From: an uncultured Gammaproteobacteria bacterium
GTDB lineage: Bacteria > Patescibacteriota > Patescibacteriia > Magasanikbacterales > UBA922
Direction: 5' to 3'
Assembly (NCBI GenBank): GCA_964345045.1
Contig: CAYFPM010000001.1
Span: forward strand, 467,784 to 531,783
Length of the DNA: 64,000 bases
Below, one piece after another: positions 25,667 to 33,971 of the stretch. The notes beneath the pieces were generated by a model. It saw only the letters and a program-made list of their open reading frames with translations, did not search any database and was not told the origin of the DNA. The position numbers were made by a program, and so were the translations under genes. Within the stretch, counting starts at the first letter, position 1. Each line of letters starts with the position of its first letter.

Positions 25667-26069
25667 TCGGAGGTAGCTCAGTGGTAGAGCAGTTGGCTGT
25701 AAAGACTTAGCAGCTCTCGATGGAAACGTCGAGATGAATAACGGAGTGAACTGTCAGGAACCCTACGTCTCCTTGTGAGATACGGGAATCTGCAGCCAAG
25801 CTAGCTAGTTAATTTTGTCCGCTTTACGAAGCGGTTTGTAGCTATCTAGAAGGTTCAGAGACTATCCCATGCCCCACTTTGTGGGTCTGTACGGGAGTAC
25901 TCTTTGGTAATTTTTTACCAAAGGGGAAGCGCTCCGCACCCTAGCGTCTTCGCACTTTGACGAAGTGTCCCCCGGGACAACGGCGAGGGTGATGATATAG
26001 TCCACGCTCTTGGGAAACCTAGAGAAACGTGTAACCAATTGGTCGCGGGTTCGAATCCCGCCCTCCGAG
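25667..26069 (+). tRNA. tRNA-Asn(GUU) gene interrupted by a group I intron (exons 25667-25700 and 26032-26069)
   Basis: 5' exon TCGGAGG-TA-GCTCAGTGGTAGAGC-A-GTTGG-CTGT; 3' exon TAA-CCAAT-TGGTC-GCGGG-TTCGAAT-CCCGC-CCTCCGA-G. Joined, these give a 72-nt cloverleaf with acceptor TCGGAGG/CCTCCGA and anticodon loop CTGTTAA (GTT). The exons are separated by 331 nt. Confidence 0.7.
25701..26031 (+). other. group I self-splicing intron (331 nt) inserted between anticodon positions 35 and 36 of tRNA-Asn
   Basis: Conserved group I core elements are present: R GTTCAGAGACTA (25853-25864), S GATATAGTCC (25994-26003), Q AATCTGCAGCCAAG (about 25786-25799), P-like TACGGGAA. P1 pairs 5'-exon GCUGU with intron GCAGC (25710-25714), with the U·G wobble at the splice site. 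P10 pairs intron TTA with 3'-exon UAA. The intron ends in G (omegaG 26031). No ORF lies inside. Confidence 0.75.
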
Positions 26070-26073
26070 CACA

Positions 26074-26103
26074 TAAAAAATTGACTTAATGAAGTCAATT
26101 TTT
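26074..26103 (+). terminator. rho-independent terminator after the tRNA cluster
   Basis: AAAAAATTGACTT-AATG-AAGTCAATTTTTT: perfect 10-bp stem plus T-run. Confidence 0.7.
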
Positions 26104-26150
26104 TATTGATTTGCATTGGACGGTTCGAACTTCTAATGTTATTCTTTTTA

Positions 26151-26573
26151 TATATGAGAAATAAATATAAACATTTTGACTGGCATTCAGTAGGATTTAA
26201 TTTTGGAAATTGGGAAGAAGAATTGATTTGGGCATTAGACATGCCTGTTCAGAAAATAAACATTGATGAACTTACTTGGCATCTTGATATTCCATATTGG
26301 AAAAATGACAATGGAGAACGTTGGGCGATATCACCTCGAGATGTGATAAATAAAGAAGTAGGAAGTGTAAAAGAACAGAATAGAGTACACGACGTTGATA
26401 TATCTTATCCTATTGATTTGTATAAGCACGATGGAAAGCTATTTGTACTTGATGGTCTCCACCGACTTGTAAAACAATATGTGGATGGTGCAAAACGTAT
26501 TCAAGTAAGGATTGTTCCCAAAGATCGTTTTCATGAGGTTGCTTCTGAACATCCATTTGAATTGCCAAATTAG
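26151..26573 (+). CDS. ParB/sulfiredoxin-like nuclease-domain protein (hypothetical)
   Basis: ORF from 26106; the likely start is MRNKYKH (after the terminator). C-terminal ISYPIDLYKHDGKLFVLDGLHRLV resembles the ParB N-terminal/Srx fold motif (h-x-DG-H/h-HR). Confidence 0.45.
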   Translation, partial: YMRNKYKHFDWHSVGFNFGNWEEELIWALDMPVQKINIDELTWHLDIPYWKNDNGERWAISPRDVINKEVGSVKEQNRVHDVDISYPIDLYKHDGKLFVLDGLHRLVKQYVDGAKRIQVRIVPKDRFHEVASEHPFELPN

Positions 26574-26662
26574 AAAATTGAATTAATTCACCATAAAGAT
26601 AGTTCTGAAAAAGCCTTGGCAATTATAAAAAGATGGGAGCAAAATTAAAATAATAATATTTT

Positions 26663-27430
26663 ATGAAAGAAATATACAATGACATAACAAATTACCTTGT
26701 TGAATCTGGAAAACGGATAAAAACTAAAGCTGGACAAATAGAAGACATTGGCGTTACAAAAAAGTATTTGACCCACGAAGATTTGGCTATTGAAAATGGA
26801 TTAAAAGATATAATAAAAAATTATAATTCAAATCATCAATTTTTTGCTGAGGAAGAGAATGACGTTTTTAAAGAAGCCGATGATATTTGGATTTCTGACC
26901 CAATTAGTGGAACACGTGCTTTTGTAAATGGACTAGCCCACTATGGTATGGCCATAGCACATGTACACAAAGGGAAAGTACAATTTTCTGCAGTATATGA
27001 TCCATCTGTTGACGATCTATACACTGCTTATAGAGGAGAAGGAGCTTTCTTTAATAATACTCCACTTATTATTAAAGAAACAGATGAAAAACCAAAGGTG
27101 CAATTCCAATTGGCCAGCACTAGAAAAGATGAAAAAGCTGCTGTAGAGATTTTTACTCATCTAAGTAGTAAATTTAACCTATATAGAACATATAGTTCTC
27201 AGGCTATTAATTATTGCCACGTAGCAAAAGGTATATATAGCGGAATGGTCTGCTTTGCAAAAGATAGTTTTGCAGATTTTGCCTCCTCGCTAATTATCCA
27301 AGAGGCGGGCGGGGTATTTACAAATATAGAAGGAGAAAGTAATATCAAACAAAGCGATAGGACTTTTGTGGCTGGAGATAAAAATATCCATAAAGAACTC
27401 CTCTCCATTGTAAGAAAAGTTATTGAATAA
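26663..27430 (+). CDS. inositol monophosphatase family protein (SuhB/CysQ-like phosphatase)
   Basis: 255 aa; metal-binding motifs FFAEEEN (EE), WISDPISGTRAF (DPIDGT), and a C-terminal WD-x-AAG-like region (SSLIIQEAGG). Confidence 0.8.
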   Translation: MKEIYNDITNYLVESGKRIKTKAGQIEDIGVTKKYLTHEDLAIENGLKDIIKNYNSNHQFFAEEENDVFKEADDIWISDPISGTRAFVNGLAHYGMAIAHVHKGKVQFSAVYDPSVDDLYTAYRGEGAFFNNTPLIIKETDEKPKVQFQLASTRKDEKAAVEIFTHLSSKFNLYRTYSSQAINYCHVAKGIYSGMVCFAKDSFADFASSLIIQEAGGVFTNIEGESNIKQSDRTFVAGDKNIHKELLSIVRKVIE

Positions 27431-27712
27431 ATAACATATATGCTAAACAAAGTTATCAAAAATTTAAAAAAGAATAATTCGAAAATTCCTAATTTAGGAT
27501 CTTCGTCTTACAACCAAACTTCTTCTAGCAAGAAAAGTCATAATTCTGGCTTTCATACCAAAGGTAGTAGTGAGGCAGGTGCCAAAAGGCAAAGAAGCAT
27601 GGGAAACCGAAATACAAAACCACCCAGATAAAACAGTCCACAAGAGGCTGTTTTTTGATTTGACTAAATTTAAAATAAATGAAAAAATTTAGTTATGGTG
27701 GTATACGCAGTG

Positions 27713-27898
27713 ATGGAGATAACAGCCAAGATTTACCCAAAGGGTACTCGCAGGCTTTTTCGCTGTCCAAACTGTGGAAATGGAGCACACTGCAAATATA
27801 AAAGAGGAAAGAGTCGGAGGAATAGTAGACTTCACTTTTGGAAATGTCCTGGATGCAAGGCTATATTCACAACACCCAAGCGTATGGATACTCCATAG
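27713..27898 (+). CDS. small zinc-ribbon protein (hypothetical)
   Basis: 61-67 aa with two C-x2-C pairs (CPNCGNGAHC ... CPGCKAIF) and a basic composition. It lies on the + strand between flanking terminators, which favours this frame over the overlapping ORFs. Confidence 0.3.
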   Translation: MEITAKIYPKGTRRLFRCPNCGNGAHCKYKRGKSRRNSRLHFWKCPGCKAIFTTPKRMDTP

Positions 27899-27980
27899 TA
27901 AAGTCAAAAGAAAATCTAGTTTCAGCGGTTCTAGAAAGCATATGATAGACTACTACCAAAAATCGCCAAGTCACAAAAAT

Positions 27981-28008
27981 AAAAACACCTCTCGTTAGGT
28001 GTTTTTTG
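27981..28008. terminator. bidirectional rho-independent terminator
   Basis: AAAAACACCT-CTCGTT-AGGTGTTTTTT between convergent genes. Confidence 0.6.
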
Positions 28009-28013
28009 AATTC

Positions 28014-28463
28014 CTAATTCCATCCAAAATAACTTAAAGGCTCCCCCTTTTGCCACTCTTTAAACATTTGTTGATAATAATCTATCAAATTATTTGGGAG
28101 AAATTCTAGGCTGTGCCATGACAGTTCCTCACATTTGTTAGGCTCTGTATTAATAATATCTCCTCTCCATTTTTTACATAAGAAGAAATAATCCACTCTT
28201 TCATGATCTCCACAATAACGATGCATTGTATGAACTAATTCCAAATTTTTTTGATCAATGTTTATTCCCACTTCTTCCTGGGCTTCACGAACCATAGCCC
28301 TATGGAGAGTTTCCCCGCCATCTACATGACCTGCAGGAAGACCATATTCTCCATCACAGTAACCTGTATTTTGCCTTAATAATAAAAGAATCTTTCCGTC
28401 ATCTTGCTGAAGTATTAAATATACAGATAAAATTGCTTTAAATTTTTCTTTCCAATTCCCCAT
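28014..28463 (-). CDS. NUDIX hydrolase
   Basis: 149 aa; Nudix box GLPAGHVDGGETLHRAMVREAQEEVGI (G-x5-E-x7-REUxEExGU). Confidence 0.8.
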   Translation of the reverse strand: MGNWKEKFKAILSVYLILQQDDGKILLLLRQNTGYCDGEYGLPAGHVDGGETLHRAMVREAQEEVGINIDQKNLELVHTMHRYCGDHERVDYFFLCKKWRGDIINTEPNKCEELSWHSLEFLPNNLIDYYQQMFKEWQKGEPLSYFGWN

Positions 28464-28540
28464 AATTTTATTTTTATAAATAAAGCCAATAATCGGAATC
28501 GAACTGGTAACCTACGGTTTAGCTGCCCGCAATTTGTTTG

Positions 28541-28614
28541 AGCCATGAGCGAGATTTGAACTCGCGACCTACGCGTTACGAGTGCGTTGCTCTACCTGCT
28601 TGAGCTATCATGGC
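28541..28614 (-). tRNA. tRNA-Thr(CGU)
   Basis: Minus-strand cloverleaf GCCATGA-TA-GCTC-AAGCAGGTA-GAGC-A-ACGCA-CTCGTAA-CGCGT-AGGTC-GCGAG-TTCAAAT-CTCGC-TCATGGC-T. Anticodon CGT; a 31:39 A·C mismatch, as seen in some Thr tRNAs. Confidence 0.75.
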
Positions 28615-28620
28615 AAATAA

Positions 28621-28650
28621 AAAAGCAGTAAAATCAAATTCACTGCTTTT
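28621..28650. terminator. terminator hairpin between the YceI-like gene and tRNA-Thr
   Basis: AGCAGT-(12 nt)-ACTGCT flanked by an A-run (left) and a T-run (right). Confidence 0.5.
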
Positions 28651-28659
28651 TTTGTCTAA

Positions 28660-29430
28660 TTATTTCGTCAAAAATACATTAAATCTAACTTCCATTTCAT
28701 TGTCTACAGTATATACATTGGCCAATTTAGGAGGCTGTACATTAAAATCAGACATCTTGATATTGGCAGTACCATCGGCAGACATAGCCTCTCCACTACT
28801 AACTCTTACAGAAAAAGGAACACTCTTGGTAACACCATTGATGGTAAGATTCAAATTAACATTTTTTCTGCTACTTCCGCTAAGATCCAAATCCAAGTCA
28901 TTTCCAGAAACCAAAATTTTCTCCCCCAACAACCCTTTTACTATACCGTCTCTACTACCCGATCCACTAGCAAAAGTTACCTCTATCTCAGCCTTTACTT
29001 CTACTTTTTTATTTTCTTTTACTACCACCTTACCGGTTATATCATTGGTCGTACCAATTACTTCTTCGGTTGGTCTAGAAAAAAACTTTTTTTGTACTAC
29101 ATAACTAGCTTTGGAATTACTAGCAATTTTGTAAGAAACAGCTTCTTCTGTTGTGGCTTGAGTATTTTCATTAACTTCGGGAGCAGTTTGTGCATTATTT
29201 GCATTGGTATTTGTAGCTGGAACAGTTTCTTCTTTTACCTCGCCAGAATTCGCCGCAGGACGAGCGTCGGCGGGTTTGTTTTCTTCTTCTACAACTGGGG
29301 TAGTACTTTCTTTTGTTTCTATTTTGGATTCTAGATTAGAATCTGATACTTCCTCTGTAGAGGTCAAAAAGTAATAAGCACCAATAACTAAAATTAATAG
29401 TCCCACTATTATAGCCAAACCTTTTTTCAT
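28660..29430 (-). CDS. YceI-like periplasmic/secreted protein with membrane anchor and low-complexity linker
   Basis: 256 aa; signal/anchor MKKGLAIIVGLLILVIGAYYFL, a T/E/N-rich linker, and a C-terminal roughly 170-aa YceI-like domain (YKIASNSKASYVVQKKFF...TGKVVV...FASGSGSRDGIVKG). Confidence 0.65.
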   Translation of the reverse strand: MKKGLAIIVGLLILVIGAYYFLTSTEEVSDSNLESKIETKESTTPVVEEENKPADARPAANSGEVKEETVPATNTNANNAQTAPEVNENTQATTEEAVSYKIASNSKASYVVQKKFFSRPTEEVIGTTNDITGKVVVKENKKVEVKAEIEVTFASGSGSRDGIVKGLLGEKILVSGNDLDLDLSGSSRKNVNLNLTINGVTKSVPFSVRVSSGEAMSADGTANIKMSDFNVQPPKLANVYTVDNEMEVRFNVFLTK

Positions 29431-29515
29431 ATTTTGCTATTTATTATATAAAAATCCCACAGTGTTGCGGGATTTTATTTTATGATTTTATAGACTAGTT
29501 GTCAACTTGTGTATT

Positions 29516-30577
29516 TTATTCTGTATCCTCTTCTTCATGAGCCTCACTCCCCTCTTTCATATCTACCAATGGCTCCAAACCTTCAAAAGGATTGTGAACT
29601 GGCAAAAGAATTTCAATTTTGGCAGACCGAACTTGGTCATCCATAAATCTCACAAAATCTCGAACTTGTCTTTTTTCGTCTACTTTTACAATATGAAAAC
29701 CAAATTGGGTTTCTACCAAACCATCATAAAGTTCCCCTCTTTCCAAACCAAATACAGCTTTTTCAAACTCTGGGACCATTACGCCCTGTCCAAACCAACC
29801 CAAATCTCCACCAAGATCTTTGGTAGAATCACTACCATACTGTCCAGCCAATTCAGCAAAACCCTCTCCATTTTTTATTCTTTGCAAAACTTCTTCAGCC
29901 TGGTTTTTGGTTTCTTGTTTTTTTTCTTCGTCTTTAAAAAGAATATGTCTGGCACGCACTTGTTCTCCAGCGTTATACTCACTATAGTTTTCATCGTCTG
30001 CCAATGAAAATGCTTCTTGAAAACTTTGTTCTAAAGCAAATGGCACAATTATTTTTTCTATATATTTATCAAACTCCCAACCGTACTGATCCATCAAATC
30101 AGCGGCTGCTGCTTCTTGATTTTCATAAGGTGCCAGTAGTTCTTGTTTTAAATTTTCAATGTTTTCTTCTGTGGCCTCTACTCCAAAATCATCTGCCAAA
30201 TCTTTTACCAAAGTATTGATAAGCAATCGACTCAAGACTTGATCAGAGATTTGTTCTTCGGAAAATTCCGGAAATCCGGCTGGTTGTTTTTCGTAAAAAG
30301 CTTTGAGAGTTTTTAATTCATCGGCATAATCTGCATACAAAACTTTGTTGCCATTTATCTTGGCTACGGGTGTATCAAAAACTCTGGATACACTTACTGC
30401 AAAATTGTCTGTAGAAGCTTGTTTAATCTGATTATTTGCCCAAAATACAGCGGCTACGGCTAATAATACAACTATGGCTAAAATACCTCCAAAAAAGGGC
30501 TTAAGGCCATTTTTGGGCTGTGAACTCATCTCAAGCTTCCTTTCTTGGTCTTTTGGGGTTTTGTCTTTATTTTCCAT
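29516..30577 (-). CDS. PpiC-type (parvulin) peptidyl-prolyl isomerase, PrsA/SurA-like, membrane anchored
   Basis: 353 aa; N-terminal TM; parvulin domain [11 protein letters not shown]...[23 protein letters not shown]...FGFHIVKV. Confidence 0.8.
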   Translation of the reverse strand: MENKDKTPKDQERKLEMSSQPKNGLKPFFGGILAIVVLLAVAAVFWANNQIKQASTDNFAVSVSRVFDTPVAKINGNKVLYADYADELKTLKAFYEKQPAGFPEFSEEQISDQVLSRLLINTLVKDLADDFGVEATEENIENLKQELLAPYENQEAAAADLMDQYGWEFDKYIEKIIVPFALEQSFQEAFSLADDENYSEYNAGEQVRARHILFKDEEKKQETKNQAEEVLQRIKNGEGFAELAGQYGSDSTKDLGGDLGWFGQGVMVPEFEKAVFGLERGELYDGLVETQFGFHIVKVDEKRQVRDFVRFMDDQVRSAKIEILLPVHNPFEGLEPLVDMKEGSEAHEEEDTE

Positions 30578-30581
30578 ATCT

Positions 30582-30995
30582 TTAGTTAATAATTTTATCT
30601 TTATTGATAAAGTAATATAGCCATTTTATAGGATTGGATAATTCTTGTCTATTGTTAGTATCTTCTATGTTATTTATATTTTTACTAGCATGTCCGGCAT
30701 TCAATACCAAAACTTTTTCTCCAGGTTTTTTTAAATTAAGCTCTGTCCTGGCTTTTTCTTCTACAAAGCTATCACTAAGCACATAATCTAACAGCTCCAT
30801 TGATTCTATTTTTTTTCTTTCCAAATTTTTTATTTCGTTTTCTAATTCTGCTATTTCTTGATTTATCTTGTAGCCACTGTAGTAAGATCTTAAAAAACCA
30901 AATATAACTAAAATTGTAATAGGAATAGCAAAAATCAAAAACAGACGTGATTCAAAAAAACGTCTTAGAGAACTGTTTTGTCTGGTATTTTCCAT
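30582..30995 (-). CDS. FtsL/FtsB(DivIC)-type septum formation initiator
   Basis: 137 aa; single N-terminal TM, coiled coil, conserved [16 protein letters not shown]-terminal motif; immediately upstream of a Mur ligase gene, as in dcw clusters. Confidence 0.6.
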   Translation of the reverse strand: MENTRQNSSLRRFFESRLFLIFAIPITILVIFGFLRSYYSGYKINQEIAELENEIKNLERKKIESMELLDYVLSDSFVEEKARTELNLKKPGEKVLVLNAGHASKNINNIEDTNNRQELSNPIKWLYYFINKDKIIN

Positions 30996-31016
30996 GTCGG
31001 TATTATACCATCAAAA

Positions 31017-32366
31017 TTATTTTTTATCTCCTTTTTTTTGTAGAGCTTGTCTAACTTTTTTTCTGTCGTCCCAATCTATCATTTTTCCACCAGCCACACA
31101 CATTTTTTGTTCACTACCTTTGCCAGTTACCAAAACCAGGTCTCCTGCTTGTGCCATGTCCACGGCTTTTTGGATAGCTTCTCCCCTATCCAAAATTTTA
31201 TAATAATTTTTTTCTAAGTTTTTGCCATAATCTTCCAAACCTTTGGCCACATCGTTTATGATCTCCATAGGATCATCATCGTAAGGATCTTCGTCTGTTA
31301 CAATCGCAATATCTGCTTTTTCGGCTATAATTTTGGCTAGTGTAAAGCGTCTCTCTTTGTCTCTTCCTCCACCAGTAGAGCCAAAAACATGAATAACTCG
31401 TTTGGGTTCTAATAATTCTACAACTTTATAAAGTTCTTCCATAGCCACAGGTTCAAAAGCATAGTCCACTATTATTTTAAAATCAAAATTTTCGGCCTCT
31501 TTTATAAATTCAATTCTACCTGGAACAGATTTGAGATCATTGACAGCTTTTTGGATATTTCTTTCTTCTAGTTTGAGTGTTTTTGCCACAGCTACTGCAA
31601 CGGCTATATTCATAGCATTATAAACTCCATAAAGAGAAGGATGAAAACGATGTTCTTCTATTGTAAAACTTAAACCTTCTTTATCAACTTCTAAATTTTT
31701 TATTTTTATATCGGCTTTTTTACTACCAAAAGTTAGCTTTTGAGAAAAATTATATTTTAAAAATTCCGAAGTGTAATCCAAATCTCCGTTTACCAAAGCT
31801 GTTTTGGGGATCCTACCTGTTTTTTGGGTTTGATTGGTTTGTAAATTTGGTAAGTCTTGAATTTGTTTTACTTTACAATTTGCTACATATTCAAAAATAC
31901 CGAGTTTGGCAGCTTTGTAATTTTCAAAGCTACCATGAGAATCTATGTGTTCCGGATACAAATTGGTTAAAATCATTTGATCATAATTTATAAATCTATG
32001 ACGATGTTGCAAATATCCTTCTGAAGTGGTCTCTACAATCGCAATATCACATTTGGCCTCTACCATTTTTCGTAGGTACTTTTGTATTTCCATCTTGCCT
32101 AGCATGGTCATTTTTTTGTCATTTAACCTGCACTCACCTGCCACACAAAATTCTATGGTAGATAGCACCCCAACTTTAAAACCCATATTTTCCAATATTT
32201 GTTTTAAAAAATAGCACGTACTGGATTTGCCACTGGTCCCGGTTACTCCTATCACTAGTATTTCTTCCGAAGGATGTTTGTATTTAAAGGCTCCATACCA
32301 AGCAAAAAAAAGATGCCTTAAATTTAAGAGCAATTTGGGTATAATTTTTTTAATTATAGTTTTCAT
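31017..32366 (-). CDS. murE: Mur ligase, most similar to MurE (UDP-MurNAc-L-Ala-D-Glu:diamino acid ligase) with a short N-terminal domain
   Basis: 449 aa; ATP site GVTGTSGKSST; TNLYPEHIDSHGSFENYKAAKLGIF (Mur ligase central motif); C-terminal GGRDKERR...VTDEDPYDDDPMEIINDV...LVLVTGKGSEQ resembles the MurE C-terminal domain. Confidence 0.55.
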   Translation of the reverse strand: MKTIIKKIIPKLLLNLRHLFFAWYGAFKYKHPSEEILVIGVTGTSGKSSTCYFLKQILENMGFKVGVLSTIEFCVAGECRLNDKKMTMLGKMEIQKYLRKMVEAKCDIAIVETTSEGYLQHRHRFINYDQMILTNLYPEHIDSHGSFENYKAAKLGIFEYVANCKVKQIQDLPNLQTNQTQKTGRIPKTALVNGDLDYTSEFLKYNFSQKLTFGSKKADIKIKNLEVDKEGLSFTIEEHRFHPSLYGVYNAMNIAVAVAVAKTLKLEERNIQKAVNDLKSVPGRIEFIKEAENFDFKIIVDYAFEPVAMEELYKVVELLEPKRVIHVFGSTGGGRDKERRFTLAKIIAEKADIAIVTDEDPYDDDPMEIINDVAKGLEDYGKNLEKNYYKILDRGEAIQKAVDMAQAGDLVLVTGKGSEQKMCVAGGKMIDWDDRKKVRQALQKKGDKK

Positions 32367-32443
32367 ATTTTACTAGAGTTTAGCTTATTTATCTTCTAAA
32401 ATCAAGATAATTGACTTAAGCAATTTTTTGTTGTAATTTCATT

Positions 32444-32884
32444 TTGGAGGTTCTGTTGAGCAATTTTTGGACATGGGTAATAATCAGACCGTGTCCTATT
32501 TGCAAGACACGACCTGGTTACAATAGAGCGGCCTCTCGCTATAGAAAATCCAATAGAAGGGAGATTATCTACGGATACACTGAATGCACTCTATGTGCAG
32601 GATCCTGGTATATTAGAATTACCAGATGCAGTACCTGCAAGACAAAAGGCAACAGACGATGTACTGAATGCTTTGGGGAATTGTGGGTTTACGAACCCAA
32701 TATCATTTGCCCAAACTGTTATGGATGGGGCAAAAAGGGCATGTTTGATTGCCTAAGATGCCTTGGTGAAGGTACAATACCTAGACTTTGCGAGTACTGC
32801 TGTGGCAGGAAAACTCTAGGTAAAGGCAGCAGCACTAGACCCTGCAACGGATGCAATGCCGATGGCAAGGGCAGACGCTACTAA
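32444..32884 (+). CDS. Cys-rich small protein with eight C-x2-C motifs (DnaJ-zinc-finger-like C-x2-C-x-G-x-G repeats)
   Basis: 146 aa, 17 Cys: CPIC, CTLC, CSTC, CTEC, CPNCYGWG, CLRCLGEG, CEYCCG, CNGCNADG. The local GC is about 45%, against about 30% in flanking DNA. A clean terminator follows at 32913-32942. Confidence 0.4.
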   Translation: MEVLLSNFWTWVIIRPCPICKTRPGYNRAASRYRKSNRREIIYGYTECTLCAGSWYIRITRCSTCKTKGNRRCTECFGELWVYEPNIICPNCYGWGKKGMFDCLRCLGEGTIPRLCEYCCGRKTLGKGSSTRPCNGCNADGKGRRY

Positions 32885-32912
32885 AGTAACCAGGAAATAA
32901 CTTCATAATTAA

Positions 32913-32942
32913 AATCAACTTACAAAATAAGTTGATTTTTTA
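32913..32942 (+). terminator. rho-independent terminator
   Basis: AATCAACTT-ACAAAAT-AAGTTGATT followed by a T7 run. Confidence 0.7.
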
Positions 32943-33020
32943 TTAAATATATAATCTTTTTTGTAATATTAAAATTGACAATTATTAATTATCTTGTTAT
33001 TTATTCTTTAGGGGAAAAAT

Positions 33021-33293
33021 ATGTTAAGGAGAAGCGCATTTGTATTGTTGTTTGTACTATGGTTAAGGAGTATTGACCAGATAAAATACCAGGAAGAGAC
33101 AAAACCAATCTTTGCCTTACAAGGAGTAAGGGAAGAAACCATATCTACATATACTTTGGTGGGGAGGACAGTACCAAAAATCCATTGTATACTTTGTCTC
33201 GATACGGGACTACGAGAATATCACACCGACCATTACCAAAGATATTTGGCTCCCTGCAAAATGTGCCAAGCATGGAAAAAGCTAAGAGGGTAA
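33021..33293 (+). CDS. small secreted Cys-containing protein (hypothetical)
   Basis: 90 aa; signal-like N-terminus MLRRSAFVLLFVLWL; two C-x2-C pairs (CILC, CKMC); followed by a terminator at 33345-33376. Confidence 0.3.
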   Translation: MLRRSAFVLLFVLWLRSIDQIKYQEETKPIFALQGVREETISTYTLVGRTVPKIHCILCLDTGLREYHTDHYQRYLAPCKMCQAWKKLRG

Positions 33294-33344
33294 ATTTAAG
33301 AACCGCGGCTATAGAGGCCCTGGCCAGCGGATCAAATCAAAACC

Positions 33345-33376
33345 AAAATCCCAAGTTATTACTTGGGATTTTTTTA
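33345..33376. terminator. bidirectional rho-independent terminator
   Basis: AATCCCAAGT-TATT-ACTTGGGATT followed by a T7 run; A-rich on the left side. Confidence 0.7.
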
Positions 33377-33391
33377 TTGTAAAAAATAATC

Positions 33392-33970
33392 TTATCTTTG
33401 CAAGCTTATATCGTAAACCACTTTTTCAATTTTACTATTGGCTTGCTTGGCCTGATCAAATTTGTTTCGCAAATAACTAGTCAAATCAAATTCTATCAAC
33501 TCTCCTATTATTTCATTAGAAGCTTCGGCACATTTTTTTACCATTGTCTCATCTTTGTTGGTAGCCGCTTTTATAGCATAGCGGTATAGTTCCCCAGGCA
33601 AATCACAAAGCCCCGCAAGGAACACTCCTTCCTCTATATTTAAGTTAGCTACTTTGCTTACTTTTTTATTATCAATAAAATTCATAAAAAGCTGCGCTTC
33701 TACAAATTCTTCTTGGGCAGCTTTGAGAGATCCTTCTTGCAGCATATTGCCATCTTTTTTGTAGGCCGTGTGCAGTGATTTTAAGATTTGTAAACTTTGT
33801 TTTAATTTTTCACGAGCTTCTTTGGTATTCCCTCTGTGCAAATCAAAGATAACTCTTTTTGACAAATGGAGTGAATCGCCGCTTCTTTTTATGATATCTC
33901 GTCTTTTTTCAGCTCTTTTGTGCAAAAAAGTTTTCAATGAATTTATGTATTTTTTGTCTACAAATTTCAT
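33392..33970 (-). CDS. hypothetical all-alpha protein
   Basis: 192 aa, charged and helical; no motif I can assign. Confidence 0.35.
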   Translation of the reverse strand: MKFVDKKYINSLKTFLHKRAEKRRDIIKRSGDSLHLSKRVIFDLHRGNTKEAREKLKQSLQILKSLHTAYKKDGNMLQEGSLKAAQEEFVEAQLFMNFIDNKKVSKVANLNIEEGVFLAGLCDLPGELYRYAIKAATNKDETMVKKCAEASNEIIGELIEFDLTSYLRNKFDQAKQANSKIEKVVYDISLQR

Positions 33971-33971
33971 A

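Noticed and set aside
25862-26242. 126-aa minus-strand ORF
   Set aside because: It overlaps the group I intron and the 3' exon of the tRNA; an RNA gene explains the region.
27440-27631. 63-aa basic low-complexity ORF after the IMPase gene
   Set aside because: S/K/N-rich low-complexity peptide without motif; probably non-coding spacer before a weak terminator.
28486-28536. Second minus-strand tRNA next to tRNA-Thr
   Set aside because: It contains a T-loop-like GTTCGATTCC, but no acceptor or T-stem pairing can be formed; kept only as a possible remnant in the findings.
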